Positions 17,881 to 32,800 of a stretch of 57,361 nucleotides of DNA are shown here, piece by piece; the stretch's first letter is position 1, and every line of letters begins with the position of its first letter. Source of the stretch: an uncultured Clostridia bacterium (GTDB lineage Bacteria; Bacillota; Clostridia; TANB77; CAG-508); contig CANQCG010000005.1 of NCBI GenBank assembly GCA_947589645.1, forward strand, positions 1 through 57,361. The letters run 5' to 3'. The position numbers were made by a program, and so were the translations under genes. The notes under the pieces are model-generated. The model made no database searches. It worked only from the letters and a program-made list of their open reading frames with translations, and was not told the DNA's origin.

Positions 17881-20800
17881 ATGAGAAAAGGTATTTTGGG
17901 CAGACATGCTTTAAAAAGACATAGATTAAAAAGAAGATTATCCAACATATTATTACTATTAATTTTATTAGTAATATTTATTGGAGTTTATTATAATATT
18001 AATAATTCAAAAGCAGAAGATGTAATTTCTGTAAAAGCGGTAGCCATAGATAAATATGGCTATTTAAGCGATGAAGAAATTAGTTTAACAGCAAAATATT
18101 TATATGATGATTTATATAGTTTAGAACTACCAGAAAATATTAATGGTAAGAAAATTAATAATTTACTTAGTGTATCAATAGGAGATGATAAGGCAGCATT
18201 AAACGAAGAAAATGCAGAAGAAAACGTAGAAACAAACGAGGAAGAAAATGTAGAAGAAAACAATGCATTTGAAGTAATAGATAATGCTATACAACTTACA
18301 AAAGAACAACTAGAAAACATAAGCATAAATTTAGAAGTAGAATATGATGTAGCAATACTAGAACAAAACGAAGAAGGAGAGTACAATAAAAACTTATTAT
18401 CAGAAAAAACAGAAGAAGAAAGACAAGCAATAGAAATAACAGAAGACACGAAAGTTTTATATAAAAAAGACTTAAAATATGAAGATGAGAGCCAAGCAAA
18501 AGTTGTAGAATTAATAGGCTATTTACCAAAAGATGCAGAGCTAAGAGTAGCCCCAGTTGCAATAGAAGACATACAAAGTTTATTTGAAGGAAAAACAGTA
18601 AAAACAGCATATGATATTAAGATAGTAGTACCACAAATAAACGAAAATGAAAAAATAGAATATATAGAAATAAACCCAGAAGACTTTGGAGAAACATGCG
18701 AAGTTTCAATACAAGATTCAAACATTGTACAAGACGCCCAAGTATATCACATAAAAGAAGATAACACAGTTGAAGAAGTAGAAGTAAAAGAAAATGTAGA
18801 AGAAAACGTAACCTTTGATGCAGGTAATTTTTCTATTTATGCGGTTACAGCAAACAGTGATATTAGTCCGATGGCAGTTGATGATATTGTAATTAGTGAT
18901 GTTATAATATATGGGGAACCGTACGCGCCAGTGCTAAGTGATAATAAGCTTAGAGTAAATATAAAGATTCTAAATGGTACAAAGAATTTGGTAAAAGAAC
19001 AAGTAACTTGGTTAAAAACAACTGGAGGAGTAGCAGGGGGTAGATTTAACCCTACAACTCTTGTTACGCAAGAAGCAGGCAAACACTATTATTTTGATTT
19101 GGATCCTGTTCCTGGAGGATCTATTAGCAGTAACAATTATAGAATTGTACTTTGGGAGGACAGTAGCTTATCAAAGGAAATTAGAAGTGTTGTATTAACC
19201 GTTGGGTATACACAAATAGAATTTAATGCAAATGGAGGAAATCTTGTTAATAGCGATGGTAGCACTATGGCTTTTAGTAGTACTGTTTACAGTTTTGCCC
19301 GAGGAGGTGATACGGATTTTACCTTACGATCAGTCAAGAATCGGAGGCTCATTCTATGGGTGGTGTACGGTATCTAGCGCTACGCCTGGAGGAGAATTTG
19401 AAAATATTATATTTCGTGGTAATAAGAGTCGTAGGGTGTTGACAGACGGTGTGAAAATGACCTACTATGCTATTTACGGGGCAGATACGACAGGACCAAT
19501 AGTAGAAATCGACCCACCTAGCTGCACATGGAGAAATACGGCCTTACCGTTAAAAATTACTGTAGAGGATGAGGTGAATGGATCATTGAACGGGGTATGT
19601 TACGTATCTACAAGTGACACAACACAGACCTCTGATGAATGGCATTGGACGCCGGAGCTGACTTCTTTACAGCCAACCCAAGCAGGCACATATTATATAT
19701 TTGTAGCTAGATTACGAGACAGAGCAGGCAACCTTAGCACATCAGAAACAGCTTATAAAACAACGGATCAATGGCATATATTTGGACCATATCGATTTAA
19801 ATTCGAAGCACCAACGATTTCGATAGACCCACCTAGTTGTACATGGAGGAATTCTGAATTGAGTGTGGAGTTTTTTGGAGACGATGAGGGGGCGGCGTTC
19901 AAAGATTTAGAGTGGAACTACTCTACTTCCGAATCTGTTCTGGACCTAGTACGCCCTAATTGGACGATAGCTCGTAGGTGTGATTTGGGTAATAGTCCCA
20001 TATCAGACGCCGACACATATTATGTATTTATAAAAAGAGTACGAGACAGGGCAGGAAATCTTAGCGAATCGAAAACAGCCTATAAGACAACAGATGAATA
20101 TCATATATATGGACCGTACCAATTTGATTGGGCGGGACCAACAGTATCAGCTACAGTATCAAATCAAAGTGCATGGACTAATACAGATAAAACAATAACA
20201 ATTACAGCAAGTGATGCAGACGTAGGAACAATAAGTGGCTACTATATATCAACACAACAAACCACACCAACAGGAGCATCAACAGAACAATGGCAAGCAG
20301 GAGGAAGCCCAAAAACAATAACAAAAGGATTAGGAACATATTATATATGGGCTAAAGACGGTCTAGGAAACATATCTGCAAGTTATGCAACAGTAAACGT
20401 TACAAAAATAGAAAAAACAGGACCAACAATAACTTTAAGTGCGGATAATAATAACAATACATGGGCTAGAACAGTAAGTGTAACAGTAACAATACGAGAC
20501 ACAGAAAGTGGACTAAAAAAAGGAGCAGATATAAGCTATGGCTGGACAGAAAGTAATACAGCACCATCAAGTTGGACGCCAGCACAGCTAAGTAGTTATA
20601 ACGATGGAGAAACAGGACCAGTAACATTTAAAGCAGAGAAGACTACAGGAACAGGCAAATTCTATTTATGGGTAAGACCAAAAACATTACAAGACAGGGC
20701 AGGAAATAGTACAACAGTAGATAAAAAATCAACAGGACAGTTTTATATAGATAACACCGGACCGGTATCATTAAGTGTATCAATAACCCCAACAGGATGG

Positions 20801-23800
20801 ACAAACAAAAATAAAACAATAACAATATCTGCAAAAGATGACAATGTAGGGGTAGTAAATGGCTACTATATATCAAATACAGATGTAACACCAACAACGA
20901 CAACAGGTGCTGGATGGCAAACTGAAAACACAACAACAAAACCAATGGGAAATTATTATATTTGGGCAAAAGACAGTTTAGGAAATATATCAGCAAGCCG
21001 TGTAGTAGCATCAGTAACACAAATAGAGACAGAACCACCAACAATAACAGTAACACCAGCAAACACTCAATCATATGTACAAAACACAAAGGTAACAATA
21101 AAAGTAGCAGATACAGGAGGATCAGGCTTAGCAAGTACTAACTTACAATTTTATGTATCAACATCAGCTACAACAGGAACACCACAAGCTTTTCAATCAG
21201 ATGGAACATACACAATAGGAACAGGGCTTTCAGGAACATATTACTTATTTGTAAGTCAAGTAAAAGATAATGCAGGAAACTTAAGCACTGGAACGGTATC
21301 AGGTTTAAATGGAGGACAATACCAAAGATTTGGACCATATTATTTCGATAATACACCACCATCAGAACCAACAACTATGGAATTTGTATATTGGGATTGG
21401 TCAAGATATACGCAAAATACATGGGCTAATCAAACTGTATGTGCCGCATATTTAAATGAACAACCTGGACCAAGTGGAGCAACAGATGGTCTTAGTGGAA
21501 TATCAAAATACCAAATATCTGAAGATAATTCATCATGGGTAGATTATGCATATGATTATTCTAAGTCATTATATAATATGAGTACACAAGGCACACACAA
21601 TAGATATTTTAGAGCAGTAGATGGCGCAGGAAACCCAGGACCATCAATACTTAGAACAGCTAAAATAGATTTAACAGTTCCAACAATAACAGTAACTCCA
21701 ACAAGTTGCGGATGGCGAAATACCTCACAAAGTATAACAATATCAGTATCAGAATCAGGAGGCTCTGACTTAAAGAGTCCATTGTATCAGTATTATTTAT
21801 CAACAAGTAACACAACCTTAACTGGAGGTACAGGTAAATGGGTAGAATATTCACAAGGTAAAGCATTTACAATAGATCCAGCAACATCAGGAACATATTA
21901 CTTGTTTGTAAGAAAATTAACAGACAATGCAGGAAATGTAAGCACAGCAAGTGGTGGAACAGATATAAATGCAGGAGACGTTGCATGCCACAGATTTGGA
22001 ACATACCAATTCGATAAAGATGCTCCAACAGGAACTGTAACTGCAAGTAAAACAGTAACAAATGAGTCAACAGTAACAATATATGTATCTGCATCAGATA
22101 CAGGTGGCTCAGGCGTAAGTAGAGTTGAAATAAATGGATGGTTTGGAGGAAACTATGCAACATATCTAACTGAAATAGATGGAAAATTAGATTCATCAAA
22201 TAGATATTATGCAACATTTAATTTTAAAGATATAAAGCATACAACAACTGGCAACACAAATAATGGAAATGGAACATATAAATTTGACGCTCATATATAT
22301 GATGTAGCAGGAAATCGAAAAGTAGCAACAGCTATTAATGTAGTATATGACACAACTTCACCAACAATAAAAGTAAGTCAAGAAAGTTGCGGATGGAGAA
22401 ATTCTGCACTAAGCATAACAATAACAGTAACCGAGACTGGAGGGGCAAGTTTAAGTAGTCCAGTATATGAATATTGCTTATCAACAAATACAACAAGCTT
22501 TACAGGAAGTTGGACAACTTATCAAACAGGTGTGCCAATTTCATTAAACCCTCCTGCAGATGGCAAATATTATTTATTTGTAAAACAAGTAAAAGATACA
22601 GCTGGCAACACAAGTACAGGAGGAACAGTTGACACTGTAGCAGGTGTTGCATGTCATAGATGGGGAACATACAATTTTGATAAAACAGCGCCAACAATAA
22701 AAGTAAGTCCAGCAAATTACAACACATCATGGACACAATCACTAAAAATAACAATAACAACTGAAGATACAGGAGGCTCTACTTTAAATACACCATCTTA
22801 TCAATATTTCTTATCAACAACCAAAACAGGCCTAACTGGTGGAGAGTGGAAACCTTATGTAAGTGGAACAGCATTTGATGTAACAGGCTTAAGTGGCACA
22901 TATTACTTATTTGTAAAAAGAGTAACAGACTATGCAGGAAACACAAGTATTGCAGATGGAACAGTAGCAAATGTAAGTGGCACAAATTATCAAGTATTTG
23001 GAGAATACCAATTTGATAATACAAACCCAGTCGCAGCAACCTTAATAATGAGGTTAGGCAGTGAGTCTGGTAGTCCTTACCAAAACGAATCATGGACAGC
23101 CTCAAATGTATATATAGCATTAACAGGGGGCGAAGATGCACACTCTGGAGTACAATCTTCAGTATATTCAGTAAATGGACAGGCAGCAACATCTAAACCA
23201 CAAACTCTAACAGGAACAGGCACATATAATATAACAGTAACAACAACAGATAATGTAGGCTTAAAACATCAAAGAACATATACAGTAAAAATAGACCAAA
23301 CAAAACCAGAAGTAGGAATCTTAACAATGAAATTAAAGGACTCATCAGGAGATCCTTATGCGAGTGGAACATGGACAAACCAAAGTGTATATATATCATT
23401 GGCAAATGGAAAAGATTTAGAATCTGGACATAACACAACTAAATATTCAGTAAATAATGGAACAGCAAAAACAGGCTCAGAAATACTAACATCAGAAGCA
23501 AAATACACAATAGTAGTAACAACAACAGATATGGTAGGAAATCAAAGTCAACACACATATTATGTATATATAGATAAAACAGCACCAACAATTTCAGTAA
23601 GTACAACAAGTTGTGGATGGAGAAAAGCAGCCTTAAGTGTAACAATAACAGTAACAGAAGCAGGAGGATCAAATTTAAGTACTCCGGTAGCATATGAATA
23701 TTGTTTGTCTACAACTACATCAAGTTTCACAGGAAATTGGACAACTTATCAATCAGGTAAACCAATTACATTAGATCCAACAGATGGAACATATTATTTA

Positions 23801-26800
23801 TTTGTAAAACAAGTAAGAGATGTAGCAGGAAATACAAGTACAGGAGGAGAAGTTGCAACAGTAGCAACTATTCCATGCCATAGATGGGGAACTTACAACT
23901 TTGATAAAACAGGGCCAACAATAAGCTTTGATCCAAATGTACAAGATACATGGACAAAATCTACAGCAGTAAAAGTAACAGCACAAGACTCACTTTCAGG
24001 CTTAATAGCAGGTGCAAAAATACAGTATCAATGGGTACTAAGTACTGGAACACCAGGAAATTCATGGACAGAGTTAGCAGCAACAAATAATGCAGGAGAA
24101 AAATCTGTAACATGGACAGTTCCAGCACAAGCATCAAGCGCATTGTCAGGAATATATAAATTATATATAAAAGCAGGAGTAACACAAGACAATATAACAG
24201 ATGCAACTAAAAATACAAATGCCCAAGCAAGTACTAATACATTCAAATTTGATAACACAAAACCAACAGTAACATTATCACCATCAGCGCAAGACGATAC
24301 AAGATATGTAAAAGGTGGAACAGCAATAACAGTAACAGTAGCAGATGCACATTCAGGCTTAATAGCAGCTGCAGAATTCCAATATCAATGGGTATTAGAG
24401 GGGCAAAGTCCAGCTGTAGGCAGTTGGGTATCAGTAAAATTAACCAATTCAGCAGGACTAGGAAGTACCACATACACAATACCAGCATCAGCATCAAGCA
24501 ATTTAAATGGTAGATATAAATTATATATAAGAGATACAATAACAAAAGATAATGTAACCGAAGCTACTAAAAATACTAATGCTCAAACAATATCAGGTCT
24601 ATTCTATTTTGATAATACAGCACCAGTAATTAAATTTAGCCCAAATACACAAACACAATGGTCAAGAGCTGGGGCAGAAATAACTGTTACAATAGATGAT
24701 AAATATCAAGGCACTGGAACAGATGTAGCAGGTCTACCAGAAAATATAACTATACAGTATCAATGGGTAAAATCAGATGGAACTCTAACAAACAATTGGC
24801 AAAATATTACAGGAAAAAATGCAGCAGGAGCAGCAAATACAACAAGAACAATACCAGCAGCAGCTTCAAAAGACTTTACAGGAGTATATTATTTATATGT
24901 TAGAGCAGGTTGCGTAAGTGATTACGTAAAAACAACTGTAGCAAACCAAAATATACAAACGAAGTCAGATTTATTTAATTTTGATAATACAAGTCCTACT
25001 ATAAGATTTGTGCCAAATAATCAAACAACATACTCAAAATCAGGATCAGAAGTAGTAGTACATATTGCAGATCCAGATGCAGGTTTGTTACAAGATGTAA
25101 CTATACAATATCAATGGGTAATAGATGGAAGTGCACCAGTAGAGGCAAATTGGAAACAGATTACAGGAGGAATAAACTCTCTAGGCGCACATTCAACAAC
25201 AAGAACAATACCAGCAGATGCATCAAATGGGCTTACAGGAAAATACTATTTGTACATAAGGGAAGGTACAGTAGGAGATAATGTAAAAGACGAAACAAAA
25301 AATACAAATGCCAGAGCACAATCTGGAGAATTCTATTTTGATAATACAACAGCCCAAATAGAGTTTACGCCATCTTCACAATCAAATTGGACAAAAGGAA
25401 CAACAGTAACAATAAAAGCAACAGATGCAAACGCAGGTTTAGAGCAAAATGCAACAGTTAAATATCAATGGGTAAAATCAGGAGAATCACCAGTAGATGC
25501 AAATTGGACAACAGCAAAATCAACAAACCCAGCAGGAGCAACATCTACAACATGGATAGTACAACAAACAGAATCAAATGCATATTCAGGAACATATAAT
25601 TTATATGTAAAAGGCGGAGTAGTAAAAGATAATGTACCAGAAACAAGCGGAAACTTCAGTGCAGAAGTAAAATCTGGAGAGTTTAACTTTGATGCTACAA
25701 AACCAGTAATAACATTATCACCAAATGACCAAAAAGATTATTATACAATAAAAGGAAAAGATGTAACAGTAAATATAAAAGATGCCCATGCAGGACTATC
25801 AGCAAATGTAGCAATAAAATATCAATGGGTATTAAAAGGTTCAGAAGTATCAAGTTCAGCATGGAAAGAAATTAAAGGAAGTAATGGTGCAGGGGATAAA
25901 TCTACAACAAGAACAATACCAGCATCAGAATCAAATAACTTTACCGGTATATATTATTTATATATACAAGCAGGATGTGTAAGAGATAATATAACAAATC
26001 CTGTAACAGAAAACGTAAATATTCAAGTACAATCAGGAGAATTCCATTTTGATAATATAAAACCTACTATACAATTTGACCCAAATACACAAACATCATA
26101 TACAAGAAGAAGAACAGCAGTAACAGTAACAGTATCAGATGCAAATGCAGGATTAGCAGAAAATGTTGCAATACAATATCAATGGGCAAAATCAAGTGCA
26201 GATTTAAAAGAAGCAGGATGGTTAATAGCAAAAGGATCAAATGCAGCAGCTGCACCTTCTACAAAAATACTAGTACCATCAAGTGATGAAGCAAACTTAA
26301 CAGGACAATATTACTTATTTATAAAAGAAGGCTGTGTAAGAGATAACGTACATGATAGTACAACTCAAAACTCAAATGTACAAACTAATTCATCAGTATT
26401 TAATTTTGATAATACAAAGCCAGTAGTTTCAAAATTTGAGCCAAATAGCCAAACAGAATCATGGAGTAGAGGTACAGAGGTAAAAGTAACAGCAACAGAT
26501 GCAGATGCAGGTTTTGTAGTAAATGCAAAAATGCAATATCAATGGGTATTAAAAGGACAAAGTCCAAATAATAACAATTGGAAAGAATTAACATCAAATA
26601 ATGTAGCAGCAGCTAAAACTGCAACATGGACAGTTCCAAAATCAGAATCAAGTAATCTAAGCGGAACATATATATTGTATATAAGAGCAGACATAATCAA
26701 AGATAATGTAACAGATACCACCAAAAATGGTAATATTGTAAAAGCATCAGGAGAATTCCAGTTTGATAACGAGAAGCCAGTAATCAAGCTAACACCAGAT

Positions 26801-29800
26801 ACAACAGGAACAAATTGGGTAAAAGATGGAAGCAAGGTAACAGTAACAGCAACGGATGATTATGCTGGAATGATGGCAGGTGCACAAGTACAATATCAAT
26901 GGGTAGTAAGTACAGGAACACCAAGTGCAACCGCATGGACTACATTAGCAGCAAACAATGAAGCAGGAACAAATAGTGTAACATGGATAGTACCAGCAGA
27001 AAAATCAAAAGCGTTTAATGGCTTATACAAGTTATATATAAAAGCAGGAGTAACCAAAGATAATATTACAGATACAACAAAGAATGAAAACAACGAAGTA
27101 GTATCAAAAATATTCCAATTTGATAATGAAAAACCAGAAATAACATTTAACATGACTACATTAACAACTTGGAAAAAAGGTGGACAAGAGGTAACAGTAA
27201 CAGCAAAGGATACTTATGCTGGACTAATAGCAGGTGCACAAATTGAGTATCAATGGGTACTAGAAAATGCTACGCCAGCAGAAAGCTCATGGACTCCATT
27301 AACAGCAAAAAATAATGCAGGAGAACATTCTACAACATGGACAGTTCCAGCATCAGCATCAAGCACATTAACAGGTAAATATAAGTTATATATAAGAGCT
27401 GGAATAACAAAAGACAATGTAGTAAACACAGACAAAAATACAAACGTTGAGACTCATACAGATTTATTCTTCTTTGATAATACAAAGCCAGTAGTTTCAA
27501 AATTTGAACCACAAAGTCAAACAACATCATGGAGTAGAGGAACACAAGTTGTTGTAACAGCAACAGATCCAAATGCAGGTTTAGTAGCAAAAGCACAAAT
27601 ACAATATCAATGGGTATTAAGTACAGGAACACCAAGTGCAAGCGGATGGACTACATTAACAGCAAATAATGAAGCAGGAGCAACAAGTGTAAGCTGGACA
27701 GTAGAAAAATCAGCATCAAGCACTTTAAATGGAAAATATAAATTATATATAAAAGAAGGAATAATACAAGATAATGTAAGTGATGCTACTAAGAACGTAA
27801 ACGAACAAAAAGTATCAGGAGAGTTCTATTTTGATAACGAAAAGCCAGTCATCGCTTTATCACCAACTACAACAGGAAACGACTGGGTAAAAGATGGAAG
27901 AGCAGTAACAGTTACAGCAACAGATAATTATGCCGGAATGATAGCAAGTGCACAAGTACAGTATCAATGGGTATTAGGCGAAGGAGCACCAGCAGAAGGT
28001 TCATGGAACACACTAACAGCAAATAATGAAGCAGGAAAAAGTCCTGTAACATGGACAGTGCCAGCAGAAGCATCAAGTAAATTAAATGGCTTATACAAAT
28101 TATATATAAAAGCAGGAGAAACCAAAGATAATATTACAGATGCAACAAAGAATGTAAATAATCAAGTAGTATCTCAAGTATTTAAATTTGATAACGAAAG
28201 ACCAGCAATAACATTTAGTATGGATACATTAACAACATGGAAAAAGGATGGACAGCAAATAATAGTAACAGCAAAAGATAATTATGCTGGACTAATAGCA
28301 AGTGCACAAATTGAGTATCAATGGGTATTAGATGGACAAAGTCCAAACAATGATAATTGGGCAGGTTTAACATCAAATAACACAGCAGGGCAGTCAACTA
28401 CAACGTGGACAGTTCCAGCATCAGCATCAAGCAAATTAACAGGTAAATATAGATTATATATAAGAGCTGGAATAACAAAAGACAATGTAGTAAACACAGA
28501 CAAAAATACAAACCTTGAGACTCATACAGATTTATTCTTCTTTGATAATACAAAACCAGTAGTTTCAACATTTGAACCAGATAGCCAAACAGAATCATGG
28601 AGCAGAGGAACTCAGGTAGTAGTAACAGCAAAAGATCCAAATGCAGGTTTTGTAGTAAATGCAAAAATGCAATATCAATGGGTAGCAAGTAATGGAACAC
28701 CAGACCCAAATGCATGGACTCCATTAATAGCAGACAATGAAGCAGGAGCAAATACTGTAAGTTGGACAGTAGAAAAATCAGCATCAAGCAAGCTAAACGG
28801 AAAGTATAAATTGTATATAAAAGATGGAGTTATACAAGATAATGTAAGTGACACTACTAAGAACGTAAACGAACAAAAAGTATCAGGAGAATTCTATTTT
28901 GATAATGAAAAACCAGCTATTTCTTTATCACCAACTACAACAGGAGACGAGTGGGTAAAAGCTGGAAGGGTAGTAACAGTAACAGCAACAGATGATTATG
29001 CTGGAATGATAGTGGGTGCACAAATTGAGTATCAATGGGTATTAAAAGATGGATCACCAGCAGAGAAATCATGGATTCCATTAACAGCAACAAATAAAGC
29101 AGGAGCAAATAGTGTAACATGGACAGTACCAGTAGAAGCATCAAATGAATTAAATGGCTTATACAAATTATATATAAAAGAAGGAGTAACCCAAGATAAT
29201 ATTACAGATGAACCAAAGAATGTAAACAATCAAGTAGTATCAGACATATTTAAATTTGATAATGAAAGGCCAGAAATAACATTTGAACCAAACTCACAAC
29301 CAACATGGGTAAAATCAGAAGCAGTAACAGTAAAAGCAACAGATGGTTATGCGGGACTAATAGAAAATGCGCAAGCACAATATCAATGGGTACTAGAAAA
29401 CAAAGAGCCAGATGACAATAATTGGAAAGATTTAGCATCAAATAATAAAGCAGGAGATAAATCTACAACATGGCTTGTTCCAGCAGATGCATCAAGTACA
29501 CTAACAGGTATATATAGGCTATATATAAGAGCTGGAATAACAAAAGACAATGTAGTAAATGATGTAGTAAAAGATGAAAAGAATACAAACGTTGAAACAT
29601 ATACAGATTTATTCTACTTTGATAATACGAACCCAGTAGTAGGAACGTTACAAATGCATTTAGATACCATAGATGGCGAAACATATAATTCTGGAACATG
29701 GACGAAACATAGTGTATTTATACATAAGGTAGATGGAGACGATGCACATAGTGGACATAGAGAGACAAGATACACTGTTTTAAAAGACCAAGCACCATAT

Positions 29801-32800
29801 GTAACCGACGAAACAGGAGATATAACATTAGAACAAACAGGTGTATATGACATAACAGTTACAACAGAAGATAATTTGTATAATACATCAACAAGTACTT
29901 ATCAAGTAAAAATAGACAAAGTTGACCCAATAGCCGGAACCATGGATATGAGAGTTGATAATGCACAAGGAGAAGAGTATCCAAATGGCAAATGGATAAA
30001 TAGAAGTGTATATATAAACAAAGTAGATGGTAAAGATGATCATTCAGGACATTTACTAACAAATTACACAGTAACGAAAGATGGAAAGCCATTTGTAAAT
30101 GACAAAACAACATTTACTATACTAGAAGAAGATGGAGTATATGAAATAGTAGTAACAACCGAGGATAAATCTGGTATAGAATATGATGAGGTAGGACATA
30201 AAACATCAAATAGTTATACAGTAAGAATAGATAAAACACCACCAGAATCAATAATAACAGGAGAAGCAACAGGTGTAACAGATGGTTTAGTAAGACATTT
30301 TGATGCAAATAACAATATGGGAAACGGACATTCAAAAGATACAAAAACATGGAAAGATTTATCATTAAGCAATAAAGATGCAAATCTTAATGGCGGAACA
30401 TTTGAAGATGCATACTTAAACTTAAATGGAACAAGTGACTGGGTAAACTTAGGAGAAGTAAGTTTAACAACAGCGGCAACCATAGAGGCACAAATTAAGA
30501 TAAATGAGATACAATCAGGGGAAAAAACAATATTGTGCAACTATGAAGCAGGTGGAATGGGAATAGCCTTAAGGGATGGAAAACCTGAGACTTCAGTATA
30601 TGTTAATGGAATCTATCAGAGAGTTATGTTAGATGAAGTATTAGATACAGATAGAATATACAATATATCAGGAACATATGATGGAAAGGCATTAAATTTA
30701 TATATAGATGGTGTATTACATGCAACTAAGACTATATCTGGTACAATAGGACAGCCAGTAAGCAACACAGTAATGGCAATAGGAGCAAACCCAAGCGGTA
30801 GCACTGCAGATGGTAATTTTGCAAATATCAAGGTATATTCAGCAAGAATATACAATAAAGCACTATCACAAACAGAAATAAAGAAAAACTTAAATGCAGA
30901 CAGAATAAACCCAGAAAAATTAGTAGCAAACGATGGCACAGTAACACTATCATTTATCTTCACAGAAGATGTATATAATTTTGATGCAGAAGATATAACA
31001 ATAACAAATGGAACAAAAGGAAAATTCACTAGAATATCCGACTCAGAATACACATTAGAAGTAACCGGCATAGTAGCAGAGCAAGACTTATTAGTAGAAG
31101 TTGCAAAAGATAGTTATGAAGATAGAGCCGGAAACCATGGCAATGCACCAACAACAACAAGAAAGAGAGACACAATAAACCCAACAGTAACAATTACTTC
31201 AAATGCACCAAAAGACCCAACAAATGTACCAACACTAACATATACATTTGAATTTAGTGAACCAACAGTTGGCTTTACTACAGATGACATAACAGTAACT
31301 AATGGAAATAAAGGAGAATTTAAACAAATATCAAGTTCAAAATTCACATTAGTAGTAACCAATGAACATTCTTATATACAAAAAGTAACAGTACCAAATG
31401 GAGCATGTAATGATGATAGTGGAAACTTAAATGAAGCAAAAAGTGCACAAGTACAAATAGATAGAACAAAGCCAACAATTGAAGGCATATCATCAAAACC
31501 ATCATCAGAAACAACCTATAGAATAACAGTAACCGGAATACAAGATCCAATGGACAACGAAGTTCAATCAGGCTTAAGAGGTTACTATGTAAGCAAAGAA
31601 CCAAACGCACCACTACCATCAAGTGATGAATGGGTAGCAAGCGACAAAGAAACAGTAGAATTAGATAATATGGAAGAAGCTACAACATATTATTTCTGGG
31701 TAATAGACAACGCAGATAACATATCAGATGTAATATCAATAACAACAAAAACAATCTACTATGGACTAAATAACGAAGCATGGTTTGAAACATTTGCAGA
31801 ATTAATGGCAGAGGCTTCAAGTGATAGAGTAAACGACATAAAAGTATTAAAAGATGTAACGGAAAATACAAGTGCAGCAGTATATCAAGATGCAAAACTA
31901 AATACAAACGGAAAAACCATGACAACCAACACAGGAATAACAGTACAAAAAGGAAAAACGTTAGAAATAGTAGGAACAGGAACAATACAAAAAGGAACAG
32001 CAAATTACGCAACACAAAACGAAGCAAATTCTACCACTACATTAAATGGAGCAACAATAAATGGAAAAATGTATGCTAGTGGAGGAACTATTAACATTGT
32101 TTTGGGACATGTAAATGGTAATATATATGGAGGATCCCTTGTTGAAAGCCAAGATGTAGACACTTCAAACATAAACATAAAAGGTGGAACAATAACAGGA
32201 AATATACATGGAGGACACTGTTATGGCACAGGAACTGTAAAGACAGTCAATATAGAAATGACCGGAGGCACAGTAGAATGGAGTATACAAGGTGGTGCTG
32301 AAGGCGGATCAGGCTCTGTGCAAACAGCAAACATAAATGTGTCTGGTGGAACCATACAGGATTACATTGCTGGAGGAGGATCACGTGGTACCGGAAGAGT
32401 AGATACAGCAATAATAAACATATCAGGAGGAGAAATTTGGGATGACGTTTGTGCTGGAGAAATCTTCGGTTCTGGATCTGTAGGAACGGCAACATTGACT
32501 ATGACGAAAGGAACAGTACGCGGAAGCGTATATGGAGGAGGACACAAATTTACAGGGGCAGAAACTCGGAAATGTTGACGAAGTAACCATAAACTTAAAT
32601 GGCGGAACAGTAAATGGCAGCGTATTTGGAGGAGCCAACGGAGGCTCAGGAACAGTAGGCACAGCAACCATAAACATAGAAGAAGGTACAACAGTATCTG
32701 GAAACGTATTTGGTGGAGCAAATGGAGACACAGGAGCAGTAGACACAGCAACCATAAACATAGAAGAAGGTACAACAGTATCTGGAAACGTATATGGCGG

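Noticed and set aside
19226..19341. Annotated N-terminus of the 4450-aa ORF as an independent start (likewise 32532-32567 for the 1503-aa ORF)
   Set aside because: No convincing RBS, and the domain pattern runs in the upstream ORF's frame up to the junction.
18840..20135. Diversity-generating retroelement
   Set aside because: No reverse transcriptase or template/variable repeat pair differing only at adenines was seen in the window.
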